From Haloquadratum walsbyi C23 (lineage in GTDB: Archaea > Halobacteriota > Halobacteria > Halobacteriales > Haloferacaceae): DNA of 32,000 nucleotides. The notes under the pieces are model-generated. The model was not told the DNA's origin, ran no database searches, and saw nothing but the letters and a program-made list of their open reading frames with translations. Position 1 is the stretch's first letter; each line of letters begins with the position of its first letter. The stretch is taken from positions 180,001-212,000 of the forward strand of contig NC_017459.1 in NCBI RefSeq assembly GCF_000237865.1. The letters run 5' to 3'. Positions 16,799 to 25,895 of this stretch are shown piece after piece. Both the position numbers and the translations under genes were made by a program.

Positions 16799-18754
16799 TC
16801 AGTCATCTGCGGCATCAGTCTCAATCGATGTTTGTGAAGCGCGTTGTGTTGCTCGTTGAATAAACGTTTCAGGTAATTCTTCAATTTCGCCTGCTTGAAC
16901 ACCCCATAGATGTGCATAGAGCCCATCAGCACCGAGCAAGTCAGTATGTGTCCCACGCTCAACAATCTCTCCATCATCGAGCACAAGGATTTGATCTGCA
17001 TCTTTAATTGTCGAGAGTCGATGTGCAATACTGAATGTTGTTCGGTCAGCAGTCAGGCGCTCTATCGATCGTTTGATCAACATTTCTGTTTCAGTATCGA
17101 CATCTGAGGTTGCCTCATCAAGTATGAGAATCTCGGGATCCCTGAGAACAGCGCGTGCGATTGAAAGTCGCTGTCGTTGTCCACCAGAGAGTTTGACCCC
17201 TCGTTCGCCAATCTCTGTATCGTATCCATCCGGGAGATTCATAACAAATTCATGTGCTTCTGCTGTTTTTGCAGCATCAATAATCTCGTCGCGAGAGGCA
17301 TTGAATGTCCCATATCGAATATTCTCTGCCACTGTCCCATAGAACATGAACGTATCTTGACTCACATATCCGATTGATTCTCGAAGGCTTGGGATTGTTA
17401 TCTCACGAACATCTGTTCCGTCAACTGTAATTGCCCCCTCATCAACGTCATACATCCGAAGCAGGAGTTTTAGTACCGTTGACTTTCCAGCTCCAGTTGG
17501 ACCAACGAGTGCAAGCGTCTCACCGCCTGGAATTTCAAAGGAAATATCTTTGATTGTCGGCTCTTCATCGGTTTCATACCCAAATGTGACATCACTGTAC
17601 TGAACGGTGCCTGTATCAACATCGAGCGCCGGTGCATCAGGGTCGTTGACAATCCGCGCAGGCTCATCCATCAATCCAAAGATTCGCGCTGCGGAAGCGT
17701 ACGCCCGCTGATACATATTGATTATCTGACCGAACTGTGACATCGGCCAAATAAATCGCTGTGTAAACAGGATAAATCCAACAAACTCGCCTGGCGTTAG
17801 CGATCCTGAGAAGAAAAGCGGTGCTTGACCAGTTTGTTGATATGTCAATACCCATGCCCCGCCAATGAGGAATGTCAAGACGAATCCAACCCCAGAAAGA
17901 ATACGCAATGCAGGGAAGAACGTGATCCGTGTTTTGATTGCATCCCAATTTGAGTCGAAATATTCTTGAGAAGTATCATCAACTCGGTCTGATTCGAAGT
18001 TTTCAGTGTGTGCAGACTTAATAACTTGAATACCACCAAGATTATTCTCAAGACGAGAGTTTAACTGTCCGACTGATGAACGGACATCGGCGTATTTTGG
18101 CTGAATTATCTTCACAAACCGATAGGTGAAATACCCAATAAGTGGGACCACACTGAGGGTGACAAGTGCAAGTTGCCAATTCCAATACAATAGAATCGCA
18201 GCAATACCAATAACCATCACTCCAAGCCGAAATGCTGAATTCATCCCGTCATTGAGAAACCGCTCTAATCTATTCACGTCATTCGAGAGAATTGACATCA
18301 TCTCACCGGTTTGCTTATCAGCAAAGAATGAGAGACTCAGCCGCTGCATTTCATTATATGTATCTGTTCGAACCGCATGCTGGACACGCTGAGCGAACGC
18401 ATTCCATCCCCAGTTTCGCGTCCAGTGAAATCCCGCAGCACCAAAGAATGCTCCGGCAATAAGCGCAACGGAAATATATAATTGCCCGACCTGGTCGGTC
18501 GGTATCCATGCTGCTGGAACGAACCATAATGAGAATGTCCGCTCATCGAGAAATATTGCATCCACCGCGACTGCAAGTAGAACTGGCGGAAGGAGGTCGA
18601 GAACACGAGCAGCAATACTTGAGATAACACCAACAGCTATTGCTGGTATGTTTTCGCGACCGTATGTCGAAAAGAGCCGTCGCATTGGATTTGACACGCG
18701 TTCGCGCTGTGACTCGAACGGATCATCATCATCTGCAGGGACCGCATCCATCAC
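16799..18754 (-). CDS. ABC exporter, fused permease and ATPase (MsbA/MDR-like)
   Basis: 651 aa with an N-terminal 6-TM domain. It has Walker A GPTGAGKST, signature LSGGQRQRLSIAR, Walker B ILILDEATS and the H-loop AHRLST. Confidence 0.95.
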   Translation of the reverse strand: MMDAVPADDDDPFESQRERVSNPMRRLFSTYGRENIPAIAVGVISSIAARVLDLLPPVLLAVAVDAIFLDERTFSLWFVPAAWIPTDQVGQLYISVALIAGAFFGAAGFHWTRNWGWNAFAQRVQHAVRTDTYNEMQRLSLSFFADKQTGEMMSILSNDVNRLERFLNDGMNSAFRLGVMVIGIAAILLYWNWQLALVTLSVVPLIGYFTYRFVKIIQPKYADVRSSVGQLNSRLENNLGGIQVIKSAHTENFESDRVDDTSQEYFDSNWDAIKTRITFFPALRILSGVGFVLTFLIGGAWVLTYQQTGQAPLFFSGSLTPGEFVGFILFTQRFIWPMSQFGQIINMYQRAYASAARIFGLMDEPARIVNDPDAPALDVDTGTVQYSDVTFGYETDEEPTIKDISFEIPGGETLALVGPTGAGKSTVLKLLLRMYDVDEGAITVDGTDVREITIPSLRESIGYVSQDTFMFYGTVAENIRYGTFNASRDEIIDAAKTAEAHEFVMNLPDGYDTEIGERGVKLSGGQRQRLSIARAVLRDPEILILDEATSDVDTETEMLIKRSIERLTADRTTFSIAHRLSTIKDADQILVLDDGEIVERGTHTDLLGADGLYAHLWGVQAGEIEELPETFIQRATQRASQTSIETDAADD

Positions 18755-18827
18755 TATAATTTAGGGTTCAGGTCGGATAACGGTTGCTGAGACCGGGAAT
18801 AACCCCCAAGACAATGTGTGTAAACAA

Positions 18828-19229
18828 TCATAGTGTTCGATCTTCCACTGCAGGATCGATCCCTGCATCTGCAAGATCAGATCGAATCCGCGTCCGCAGT
18901 GGGTCTGGAACAGTCATCCGACCGACTGGAACTGCCGTTTCTCCATCTCCTTTGACCTTCCAATAAAGCACACAATTTGAGGGTGCGTAGAACTCAATAC
19001 TATATCGATCACTCTCCCCCTGATAATGAACGCGAGCTGCATATGTGTCGACGCTCCATCCTTCCAACTCGCTGAGACCGTCTAATGTGTTGTTATCAGC
19101 TACTGTATCAACATTCTCATATTTATTATTCGCTGATTTGGATATTGATTGATCTCCTCCGGCGTGTGTCTCTGCAGCCTCCTCTGTTTGATTATCACCG
19201 ACTTGCTCTTCATCTGGAACATTGTTCAT
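18828..19229 (-). CDS. Hypothetical acidic protein upstream of the ABC exporter
   Basis: The ORF track gives 18828-19283 from a GTG start. That version has a basic leader MNLARRQQAKW, which is atypical here. I prefer the ATG at 19229 (MNNVPDEEQ...). It is on the same strand as the exporter gene, 73 nt upstream of it. Confidence 0.55.
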   Translation of the reverse strand: MNNVPDEEQVGDNQTEEAAETHAGGDQSISKSANNKYENVDTVADNNTLDGLSELEGWSVDTYAARVHYQGESDRYSIEFYAPSNCVLYWKVKGDGETAVPVGRMTVPDPLRTRIRSDLADAGIDPAVEDRTL

Positions 19230-19429
19230 GTTGATAAATTTGCACGGAACCCATTTAGCCTGCTGTCTTCTCGCCAAATTCACAGAGTTACAAGACGGAT
19301 GCTACGGGGTCTGACTCCAAGACAGTTTACAGAAAAGAACGGGGCACTATACTTAGCCATTGGAGAGACTCCCAGTGTCACCGACTGTGCGATTAATCTC
19401 ACAATGAGTATGAACAGTTAGCATGTAAT

Positions 19430-19456
19430 GTCGTGGCTGTCGTGCCTGTCGTGCCT
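19430..19456. repeat. Tandem 9-mer repeat (GTCGTGGCT GTCGTGCCT GTCGTGCCT)
   Basis: Read directly from the sequence. It is intergenic. Confidence 0.85.
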
Positions 19457-19536
19457 AAATCAAAAACAACAGATACCGCACAACATTGTCTGGGTCAGTA
19501 TCCAGGTTAGAGTTGTAATGTTATTCTGAATTGAAT

Positions 19537-20034
19537 TTATTGACGATTAATTTGTATTTCGTCACCAATTGTGATATTATGTCTTTCTGTATAATTATAT
19601 GATACTTCGAGCACATACCTCCCACGCCCTGAATATCGGTTAAGTTCATCAGTCGTCGTGTCTGTCGGCACTTTTGCGTGATATATTCGTGTAATCGTTC
19701 CTGTTGCATCAATAAATATGATATCAATCGGAAATGACATATCGCGCATTACATATCCATAACGATCTTCACTATCATGAATAAATAACATCCCTTCATC
19801 TTCCGCAAGCGATTCTGTGTTACTCAATCCCGTATACCGTTTTTGCGGCGTATCAGCAATACGCACAGAGACACGCTCCAATTGGTTACCCGTCTTGTTA
19901 TCAGTAATCTTGACTGTTTCACTGTCATATTCGCCAGTTGGTCCGATTCCGGGGATAACTGTAATAACTATCATCCCGACAACAAGAACACCGATTGCCA
20001 CGATGACAGCCCGCAAAAATAACGTCCTGTTCAT
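19537..20034 (-). CDS. DUF192-domain protein with an N-terminal membrane anchor
   Basis: 165 aa with one N-terminal TM segment. The core ...GLSNTESLAEDEGMLFIHD...YVMRDMSFPIDIIFID...YVLEV...GDEI matches the DUF192 pattern. Confidence 0.8.
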   Translation of the reverse strand: MNRTLFLRAVIVAIGVLVVGMIVITVIPGIGPTGEYDSETVKITDNKTGNQLERVSVRIADTPQKRYTGLSNTESLAEDEGMLFIHDSEDRYGYVMRDMSFPIDIIFIDATGTITRIYHAKVPTDTTTDELNRYSGRGRYVLEVSYNYTERHNITIGDEIQINRQ

Positions 20035-20213
20035 ATACTTGAGTGTTGACCTCCGTGCCCTAACAGTGTCGACATTCAGACTCTGATATATCAGACGTTA
20101 TTCTATTGTTCGATCACCGATGGCTCTATGCAAAATTGAAAACGGTTATAACCGCGAGTGGGTTGACTAGAAACGTACGGCTGATCTCATGTGTAGAAAC
20201 GTAATGACATGAG

Positions 20214-20222
20214 TATATATTA
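20214..20222 (+). promoter_or_regulatory. TATA-like box upstream of tRNA-Val
   Basis: The sequence tatatatta is centred about 31 nt upstream of tRNA position 1, in an AT-rich context. Confidence 0.35.
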
Positions 20223-20248
20223 ATACAAAATACAAATATGAGTTAATA

Positions 20249-20321
20249 GGGCTCGTGGTCTAGTGGTTATGACGCTTCCCTTACAAGGAAGAGGTCGGTG
20301 GTTCAAATCCGCCCGAGCCCA
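20249..20321 (+). tRNA. tRNA-Val: tRNA-Val (anticodon UAC), no intron, CCA not encoded
   Basis: A 73-nt cloverleaf folded by hand. The acceptor stem pairs GGGCTCG with CGAGCCC, followed by discriminator A. The D arm is GTCT-AGTGGTTA-TGAC. The anticodon stem CTTCC/GGAAG closes the loop CTTACAA. The variable loop is AGGTC. The T arm is GGTGG-TTCAAAT-CCGCC. Confidence 0.95.
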
Positions 20322-20383
20322 CTCCTATTGGATGTTATCGAAGTATAATTAACGCTATCTGATCATTATGATCAATTAGGCTA

Positions 20384-20713
20384 TCACTCGCGTAATCGTG
20401 CGCCAGGTTTCCATGTATTACCATCTAGGTGGACCAACTCATACCGTTCAAGAACCTGTAGCAATGTTACTACGGCGTCAGCATCATCGGATAATGATGA
20501 CTCGTCTGTGAGTTGTTCGGCAACGACGCTTCGAGTGCCACCATCAAGTTGTTCTACTGCCTCAAGCACTGCCTCGGCATCTGCAAGTAATGGCTCAAGT
20601 ATATCCGCACCTGTCGTGTCAATCCGGAGTTTAGACATAACCTCATTATACTCCCCGGAAAGGCTCATCGAGACCGACACACCATCGGATGGTTCGGAAT
20701 CATCACTCATCAT
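20384..20713 (-). CDS. Hypothetical acidic protein (possible winged-helix-like C-terminus)
   Basis: The ORF track begins at a TTG at 20731. I prefer the ATG at 20713 (MMSDDSEPSDG...). The protein is acidic and ends ...LLQVLERYELVHLDGNTWKPGARL. Confidence 0.55.
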   Translation of the reverse strand: MMSDDSEPSDGVSVSMSLSGEYNEVMSKLRIDTTGADILEPLLADAEAVLEAVEQLDGGTRSVVAEQLTDESSLSDDADAVVTLLQVLERYELVHLDGNTWKPGARLRE

Positions 20714-20977
20714 AATTACATATTGTCTCAATAGTATTTAATATTCCGAATCCAATTGTGTATTCCCAAAATTGGCGAATCAATTCTAAAACTAAGCAGT
20801 GATTATGTATATTGGCATATCAACTGGTAGTTGATACCATCGGGTGCATGTAATATACCTCTATATAACTGATAAATCACATAACTGCTGATGAGTTACT
20901 AATCATGTCGGGATAGATATTAGTAGGTATATTCTGGACTCGAAATAATAATCAATAGATACTTGAAGCAAATACCA

Positions 20978-21466
20978 ATGATAATGTCAGAACACAGCGC
21001 CAGACTGCTGTGGGTTGCTCTTTTTGGTATAGTACTCTCTATTGGACTTTCTGCACTTACGACTGTATATTTAATAATCGCGATTACCTCAGGAATCATC
21101 ACTGCGACCCCGCTCGCTGAACTTGTTGTTGATGTCGCTATCCCTGCGATTATTGCGCTTGGAGTCTTTGCGATACTCTGGATTGCCTCAGTAATGAGCC
21201 TTCTGTGGGCGTTATTTCAATGGATTATGCAGATTGAAAGTTATCAGCTTGCAACCGTATTTGCCAGAGTTGAGGAAATAATCCCACCAATCAGTGTTTT
21301 TCATCTCCCGGCAAGATTCACGCCGATGCCTGCGAGTATTGAACGCGATCTCTCCATTGAGACAACACGTGCGCTTGCTTCGTTGCGTCGTCAATATGTT
21401 ATCGGTGATATCTCGGATGCAACGTTTGAACGGCGCATGGAGCGTCTTCTCATGAAATCCGATTAA
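20978..21466 (+). CDS. Membrane protein with a C-terminal SHOCT-like motif
   Basis: It has three hydrophobic segments. The C-terminal LRRQYVIGDISDATFERRMERLL resembles the SHOCT motif. The ORF track starts at the TTG at 20963, and ATG codons occur at 20978 and 20984. Confidence 0.6.
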   Translation: MIMSEHSARLLWVALFGIVLSIGLSALTTVYLIIAITSGIITATPLAELVVDVAIPAIIALGVFAILWIASVMSLLWALFQWIMQIESYQLATVFARVEEIIPPISVFHLPARFTPMPASIERDLSIETTRALASLRRQYVIGDISDATFERRMERLLMKSD

Positions 21467-21865
21467 TATGTTATTAGTGCTGGTAACCACTCTGTGGAAA
21501 TTGAATTGTCATGACGCTCATCTTGTATACATTATTCTACAGGTCCCAACAACTGGTATGGCTATGAGAAACAAAACACAAGACACTTTATGATAGTGTT
21601 GCCAGATATTTTCGTTCCGATGGAGGAACGCCCGCCTCTGGCTGGGCAGTGTGACGATCAACCAAGCCAAACTATGACACGCTGCGTCTCGCCACGAGTC
21701 GTTTTGCTGTCGGGTTACTCTTTCCAACAGCAGCGACGACGCAGCGAATAAATGTAGATGACGCGTCAGTAAGTGTATTGTGCCGTTCACCTCGTGCTAT
21801 CTAATATTGACTCATTAGAGTTGTATCACATATTGTGTAGATCTAAGACGTAGGCTGAGGGACTT

Positions 21866-21899
21866 AGAAAAGCCACGGGTCACCCGACCCGACCCGTGG
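21866..21899 (-). terminator. Hairpin plus T-tract downstream of the ABC-2 operon
   Basis: CCACGGGTC (21873-21881) pairs perfectly with GACCCGTGG (21891-21899). On the minus strand the stem is followed by CTTTTCT (21866-21872). It lies 55-88 nt past the stop codon at 21954. Confidence 0.45.
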
Positions 21900-21953
21900 T
21901 CGTTTACTGAGAAGTTGTGTTTCGATTGCTGAAGAGTTATAACTGATACTACC

Positions 21954-22808
21954 CTATAGATCGGCTGTCTGGAATCTGTAGAACCCAAATATAACTGGGA
22001 GTGACGTCCAAATAATCAGCACACCGACCGCAATCCACCATCCAATATATGTTGGTGCAGTATTTGCAACATACTCACCGGCAACATCAATACCGACACT
22101 CGATCGCAAAAGGAGATTATACGATGATTCGGGACTGAGTAATTGAAATAATAGCGTCCAGTCCGGAGGCGAAGCTAGGATATTGAAATTAAATCGATGC
22201 AAGATAAGCAGTATTGCTGTCGTCAATCCATCCCAGATAATGACTAATAAAAAATAACTTCCAAATGTGCTGAGCGTGATCCAGCGCTCACTTGTGGTCA
22301 GCGTCGAAATACCAACGCCAATTCCAATAAATGCAGCGCTATACAATAGCGTCATCAGGATAACCAATGGATATGCAACGATTCCGTTAGTTCCATACAG
22401 TATAGCAGCAATCGCCCCGCTGAGGGTCAATCCGGCACTGATTGCCCCAACAAGAAGCGCCCATCGACTAACTACAGTTCCAATAATCAATCCCGCCCTC
22501 GACTGTGGAAATGATAATGCAAGTAAGATACTCCCCGTATTCCGTGCATGAGCAACTGATTTATATCCGAGAAGCAAGCCAATGGCTGGGATAATAAACG
22601 AAAGCAGTGTAGTAATCCCATCAAGAAACCCCATAAATGTCAATTCGCTAGGTCCAACGTATGTATAGGCTATACTGTATCCAATCGAGGTGATGATAGT
22701 AATACTCAAAAGAACTAATATCGTCGGTGTTCTCCGAGCTCGCCGTGCGTCGGTTCGAGCAACACTCTGCCATCCGGTGGTATCGATACGCCAACCCCAC
22801 TCACTCAT
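21954..22808 (-). CDS. ABC-2 type transporter permease (NosY-like)
   Basis: A multi-TM protein. I prefer the ATG at 22808 (MSEWGWRIDTTGWQSVAR...), which forms an ATGA overlap with the upstream stop codon. The ORF-track extension to 22892 overlaps the upstream gene. Confidence 0.8.
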   Translation of the reverse strand: MSEWGWRIDTTGWQSVARTDARRARRTPTILVLLSITIITSIGYSIAYTYVGPSELTFMGFLDGITTLLSFIIPAIGLLLGYKSVAHARNTGSILLALSFPQSRAGLIIGTVVSRWALLVGAISAGLTLSGAIAAILYGTNGIVAYPLVILMTLLYSAAFIGIGVGISTLTTSERWITLSTFGSYFLLVIIWDGLTTAILLILHRFNFNILASPPDWTLLFQLLSPESSYNLLLRSSVGIDVAGEYVANTAPTYIGWWIAVGVLIIWTSLPVIFGFYRFQTADL

Positions 22809-23620
22809 TGTAGATCCCTCCGCTCGAATCGAAACACACCAATTGCTAGTGGACCAACAACCCAGGCGAGTAGCACAATGGCTGCAATCCACTCACTTAG
22901 ATACCACGCACCTGTAACCTCTTGTGTTGTATCAACAAACCCAGTAATCAGCGTTGAGAACGCATTTCCTGGTGAAAGTGCAAATACAAATTGAATCGGT
23001 TCTGGAAGCCTCCCAGAGATAATATCAGTGCTCAATAATACCCCGCGAAGTACATTCTCAATGGTATCCCATACGATTGCAAATAAAATCACTGTTGCAA
23101 ATCCAAGTCCAAGTGCTCGACGAGTTGTTGCAACGAGCGTTGAGGCTGCGACACCAACGCTAACCCAAGTGGCACTGAAACCAGCAATAATACTAATTAG
23201 CATCACTACGCTAAGTGGCTCAAATGATCCAAGTGGGTACACAACCAGCCCTGCCCCAGCAACGACTGCAATGACTGTTGGGATAATTAGCAATCCAGCA
23301 CGTGCTATGTATCGGGCAAATACAATTGTTCGACGACGCTGCGGTAATGATAACATGAGTAACAGCGATCCTGATTCAAAATCACCGACAATAGCATTAT
23401 ATCCAAGTAATACGCCAACAATCGGTATTACCACACGCAGTAGCCCCCGAACAAAACTCCCGAATCGTCCAGTCGTGATTGGCGATTGAGATATTACCGG
23501 ATAAAGATATGCGGATAACAGGATTACAACGACTGGTAACGCAAGCAAAACTTTCACACTTCGTTGCTCAACCGCCTGTGACCAGTCTTGTCGCGCGACT
23601 TGCTGCCATTGCGATGTCAT
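22805..23620 (-). CDS. ABC-2 type transporter permease (paralogous to the downstream permease)
   Basis: 271 aa with about 6 TM segments. Its N-terminus MTSQWQQVARQDWSQAVEQR parallels the partner's ...GWQSVARTDARRARR. There is an ATGA overlap with the ATPase gene at 23617-23620. Confidence 0.85.
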   Translation of the reverse strand: MTSQWQQVARQDWSQAVEQRSVKVLLALPVVVILLSAYLYPVISQSPITTGRFGSFVRGLLRVVIPIVGVLLGYNAIVGDFESGSLLLMLSLPQRRRTIVFARYIARAGLLIIPTVIAVVAGAGLVVYPLGSFEPLSVVMLISIIAGFSATWVSVGVAASTLVATTRRALGLGFATVILFAIVWDTIENVLRGVLLSTDIISGRLPEPIQFVFALSPGNAFSTLITGFVDTTQEVTGAWYLSEWIAAIVLLAWVVGPLAIGVFRFERRDLQ

Positions 23621-24702
23621 TCTGACGGAACTCCTGATTCTAACCCCGATTCCGATTCTGCGGTTGACTCTTCTGCTGGCTCTGATTGCTCTCCCGATTG
23701 CGACCCATGATTGCTTTCTTTCTTTTTACCGGAAGCGTTTGTTACTCCATGATCTGCATTGTCGTGATTCGTATTATTATTGTGAAACTGGTCAGTCTCA
23801 GTATATTCAATGAACATATCCTCAAGTGATGCTTCCTGTGTCCGGAAATTAACGACATCAATGCCTGCATCTCGAAGTCCAACAAGGATATCCATCTTTG
23901 CATCATTCGTGCATGTTGCCTCAATTGTCGAGTTATCCGGTGTCACTGCTGTCTCGACCCCTTCGATTTCCTGGATTGTATTAAGCGTCCCATTTTGTAG
24001 TGAATCAACCGTAATTTCGAGCTTCGTTCCACCACCAAGAGAGCCTCTGAGTCCTTGGATTGTATCGACAGCGATCAATGTACCGTTCTGAAGAATCCCA
24101 ACTCGGTCACAGACGGCTTCGACCTGTTCAAGCACATGACTGGAAAAGAAGATTGTTGCACCGCGCTCGTTTTCTTCGCGAATAATTGAACGGAGTTCTG
24201 CAGCACCTGTTGGGTCTAACCCAGCAGTTGGCTCGTCAAGTAAAAGAAGGTCTGGCTCACCAGTTAGTGCCATTCCTAAGACAAGTCGCTGTTTCATACC
24301 TTTTGAGTATTCAGTTGCCATTCGCCCGGCATCTTCGGTCAAACCCACCCGATCAAGCACATTCAGTGGGTCAGCATTATCATCAATCTGTTTTGCTTCA
24401 ATTGCATATTCGATATGCTGTCGACCGGTCAGATGATCAATAACGTCATATCCTTCCGGTAGAACGCCGATACGCTCACGAGCCATCACGCCCTCATGCT
24501 GGCAGTCATAATCAAATACGCTGATCGAGCCTGCTGATGGGTGCGTAAATCCTAGCATAAGATTCAGGAATGTCGACTTTCCTGCACCATTTGGTCCAAG
24601 GAATCCAAAGATCTCACCTGATTCAACAGTAAGACTGACACGATCAAGTGCTGTTACCGTCCCGTACCGTTTCGAGATATCTCTGGCATCGATTGCTGAC
24701 AT
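23617..24702 (-). CDS. ABC transporter ATP-binding protein (ABC-2/DrrA-type) with an extra C-terminal domain and a low-complexity tail
   Basis: Has Walker A GPNGAGKST, signature YSKGMKQRL, Walker B LLLLDEPTAGLD and the H-loop SSHVL. The tail reads NNNTNHDNADHG...SGEQSEPAEESTAESESG. Confidence 0.95.
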   Translation of the reverse strand: MSAIDARDISKRYGTVTALDRVSLTVESGEIFGFLGPNGAGKSTFLNLMLGFTHPSAGSISVFDYDCQHEGVMARERIGVLPEGYDVIDHLTGRQHIEYAIEAKQIDDNADPLNVLDRVGLTEDAGRMATEYSKGMKQRLVLGMALTGEPDLLLLDEPTAGLDPTGAAELRSIIREENERGATIFFSSHVLEQVEAVCDRVGILQNGTLIAVDTIQGLRGSLGGGTKLEITVDSLQNGTLNTIQEIEGVETAVTPDNSTIEATCTNDAKMDILVGLRDAGIDVVNFRTQEASLEDMFIEYTETDQFHNNNTNHDNADHGVTNASGKKKESNHGSQSGEQSEPAEESTAESESGLESGVPSE

Positions 24703-24849
24703 ATCATACCTTTTCTCCCCAGTCTTTCTGAAATAACATCTCTAATTTCTCAGACTGAAAGACTCATCAAGGCGCCCACCAGTACCAGTCGTTCATATGA
24801 GTTTGCTGAATCCCCGCAGACTCTTCGCGCTTGAAATGAACTATTACAT

Positions 24850-25617
24850 ATGAGCGACCCAACTATTGATTCATACTCGCCACCACAGACACTGTTTATT
24901 GCCGGTGCAAGCGGTGATACCGGTCGTGCGGTTTTGCGGCTTGCTGGATCGCGCATTCCGACTGTCCGGGCTCTTACCCGATCAGAACAAAAACGATCAA
25001 TGCTTTATCAAGCGGGCGCTGATGAGGTTGTTGTCGATAACCTACTTGACCCAGATGATCTTGAGAGTGCACTCCTAAATGTCGATGCAATCATTAGCAC
25101 AGTTGGGTCCACAGTTGATGATATTCGCTCTGCTGATCGGTTTGTTGATGGCGCCGGCACCCGTGCGCTTGTTAACGCAGCCATTTCTGCTGATGTTGAT
25201 GTATTCTGTATGGAGTCAGCAATTGGTGTTGGTGATAATTCAGCAAACCCCCTCGCAATGCTATTTAATACAGTTATTGCTCCGATACAGGCTGCAAAAG
25301 CCGATGCAGAGGCGGCAATTCGAAACGCATCATTCCGACATGTGATCCTCCGACCTGGTGTCTTGACCAATGGACCACGAACCGATATCGCCACCATTGC
25401 TGAGGCAGAATCAAAGACAAATTTGTGGGGAACAATCTCCCGAGCTGACGTCGCCAGAGTACTCCTCGCAGCACTTGGTACCCCTGCTGTGCATAATAAA
25501 ACGTTTGAGATAATCTCAACACCGCAGCCGATGGCAGATGCCTCTAATACCACATGGCAACTTCCGACCCGTGGCAACGATACAAATGAAATTCCAATAT
25601 CAGCTATCTCTAAATAA
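24850..25617 (+). CDS. NAD(P)H-binding SDR-like protein (NmrA / atypical SDR type)
   Basis: 255 aa. The N-terminal LFIAGASGDTGRAVL is a glycine-rich motif, and the sequence looks like a Rossmann fold throughout. Confidence 0.8.
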   Translation: MSDPTIDSYSPPQTLFIAGASGDTGRAVLRLAGSRIPTVRALTRSEQKRSMLYQAGADEVVVDNLLDPDDLESALLNVDAIISTVGSTVDDIRSADRFVDGAGTRALVNAAISADVDVFCMESAIGVGDNSANPLAMLFNTVIAPIQAAKADAEAAIRNASFRHVILRPGVLTNGPRTDIATIAEAESKTNLWGTISRADVARVLLAALGTPAVHNKTFEIISTPQPMADASNTTWQLPTRGNDTNEIPISAISK

Positions 25618-25895
25618 TAGTCTATTGATACTTTTTGGGGTCAAATCAAATAACGATTTCATAAAAGAGATCTCACACAGGCAATTAAGCCTCTGGTGGC
25701 GCCCACAGGCTTGGCTAGATCAGAACCAGGTATTTAGTTTCTGACAATTAGACTTAGGGGTGTATTTCCATTGACCGCGAATGGATCTATTATAGTCGGT
25801 ACTCGGATCCACACTATTTCCGTGTCTGACGATGCGCGCTCACCGCAATTGGAGTCGGAATTATAATAGAGTTCTATCAACGGTTCTATTCAAAT

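Noticed and set aside
21518-21790. A 90-aa minus-strand ORF, and a 53-aa plus-strand ORF (about 21590-21751), in the spacer after the SHOCT-like gene
   Set aside because: Both are basic or Cys/Arg/Gln-rich with no motifs and no good start context. I treat the region as non-coding.
20249-21953. A genomic island integrated at tRNA-Val
   Set aside because: I found no integrase gene and no direct repeat of the tRNA 3' end (..TTCAAATCCGCCCGAGCCCA) downstream. It is kept only as a low-interest note.
25008-25577. Long antisense ORFs inside real genes. Examples: 25008-25577, 7973-8416, 6328-6702, 2522-2923, 30253-30750, 23028-23489, 30840-31406.
   Set aside because: They are Ser/Arg/Ala-rich or basic, lack motifs, and lie opposite genes with strong family signatures. 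This is the typical shadow-ORF pattern of codon-biased genes.
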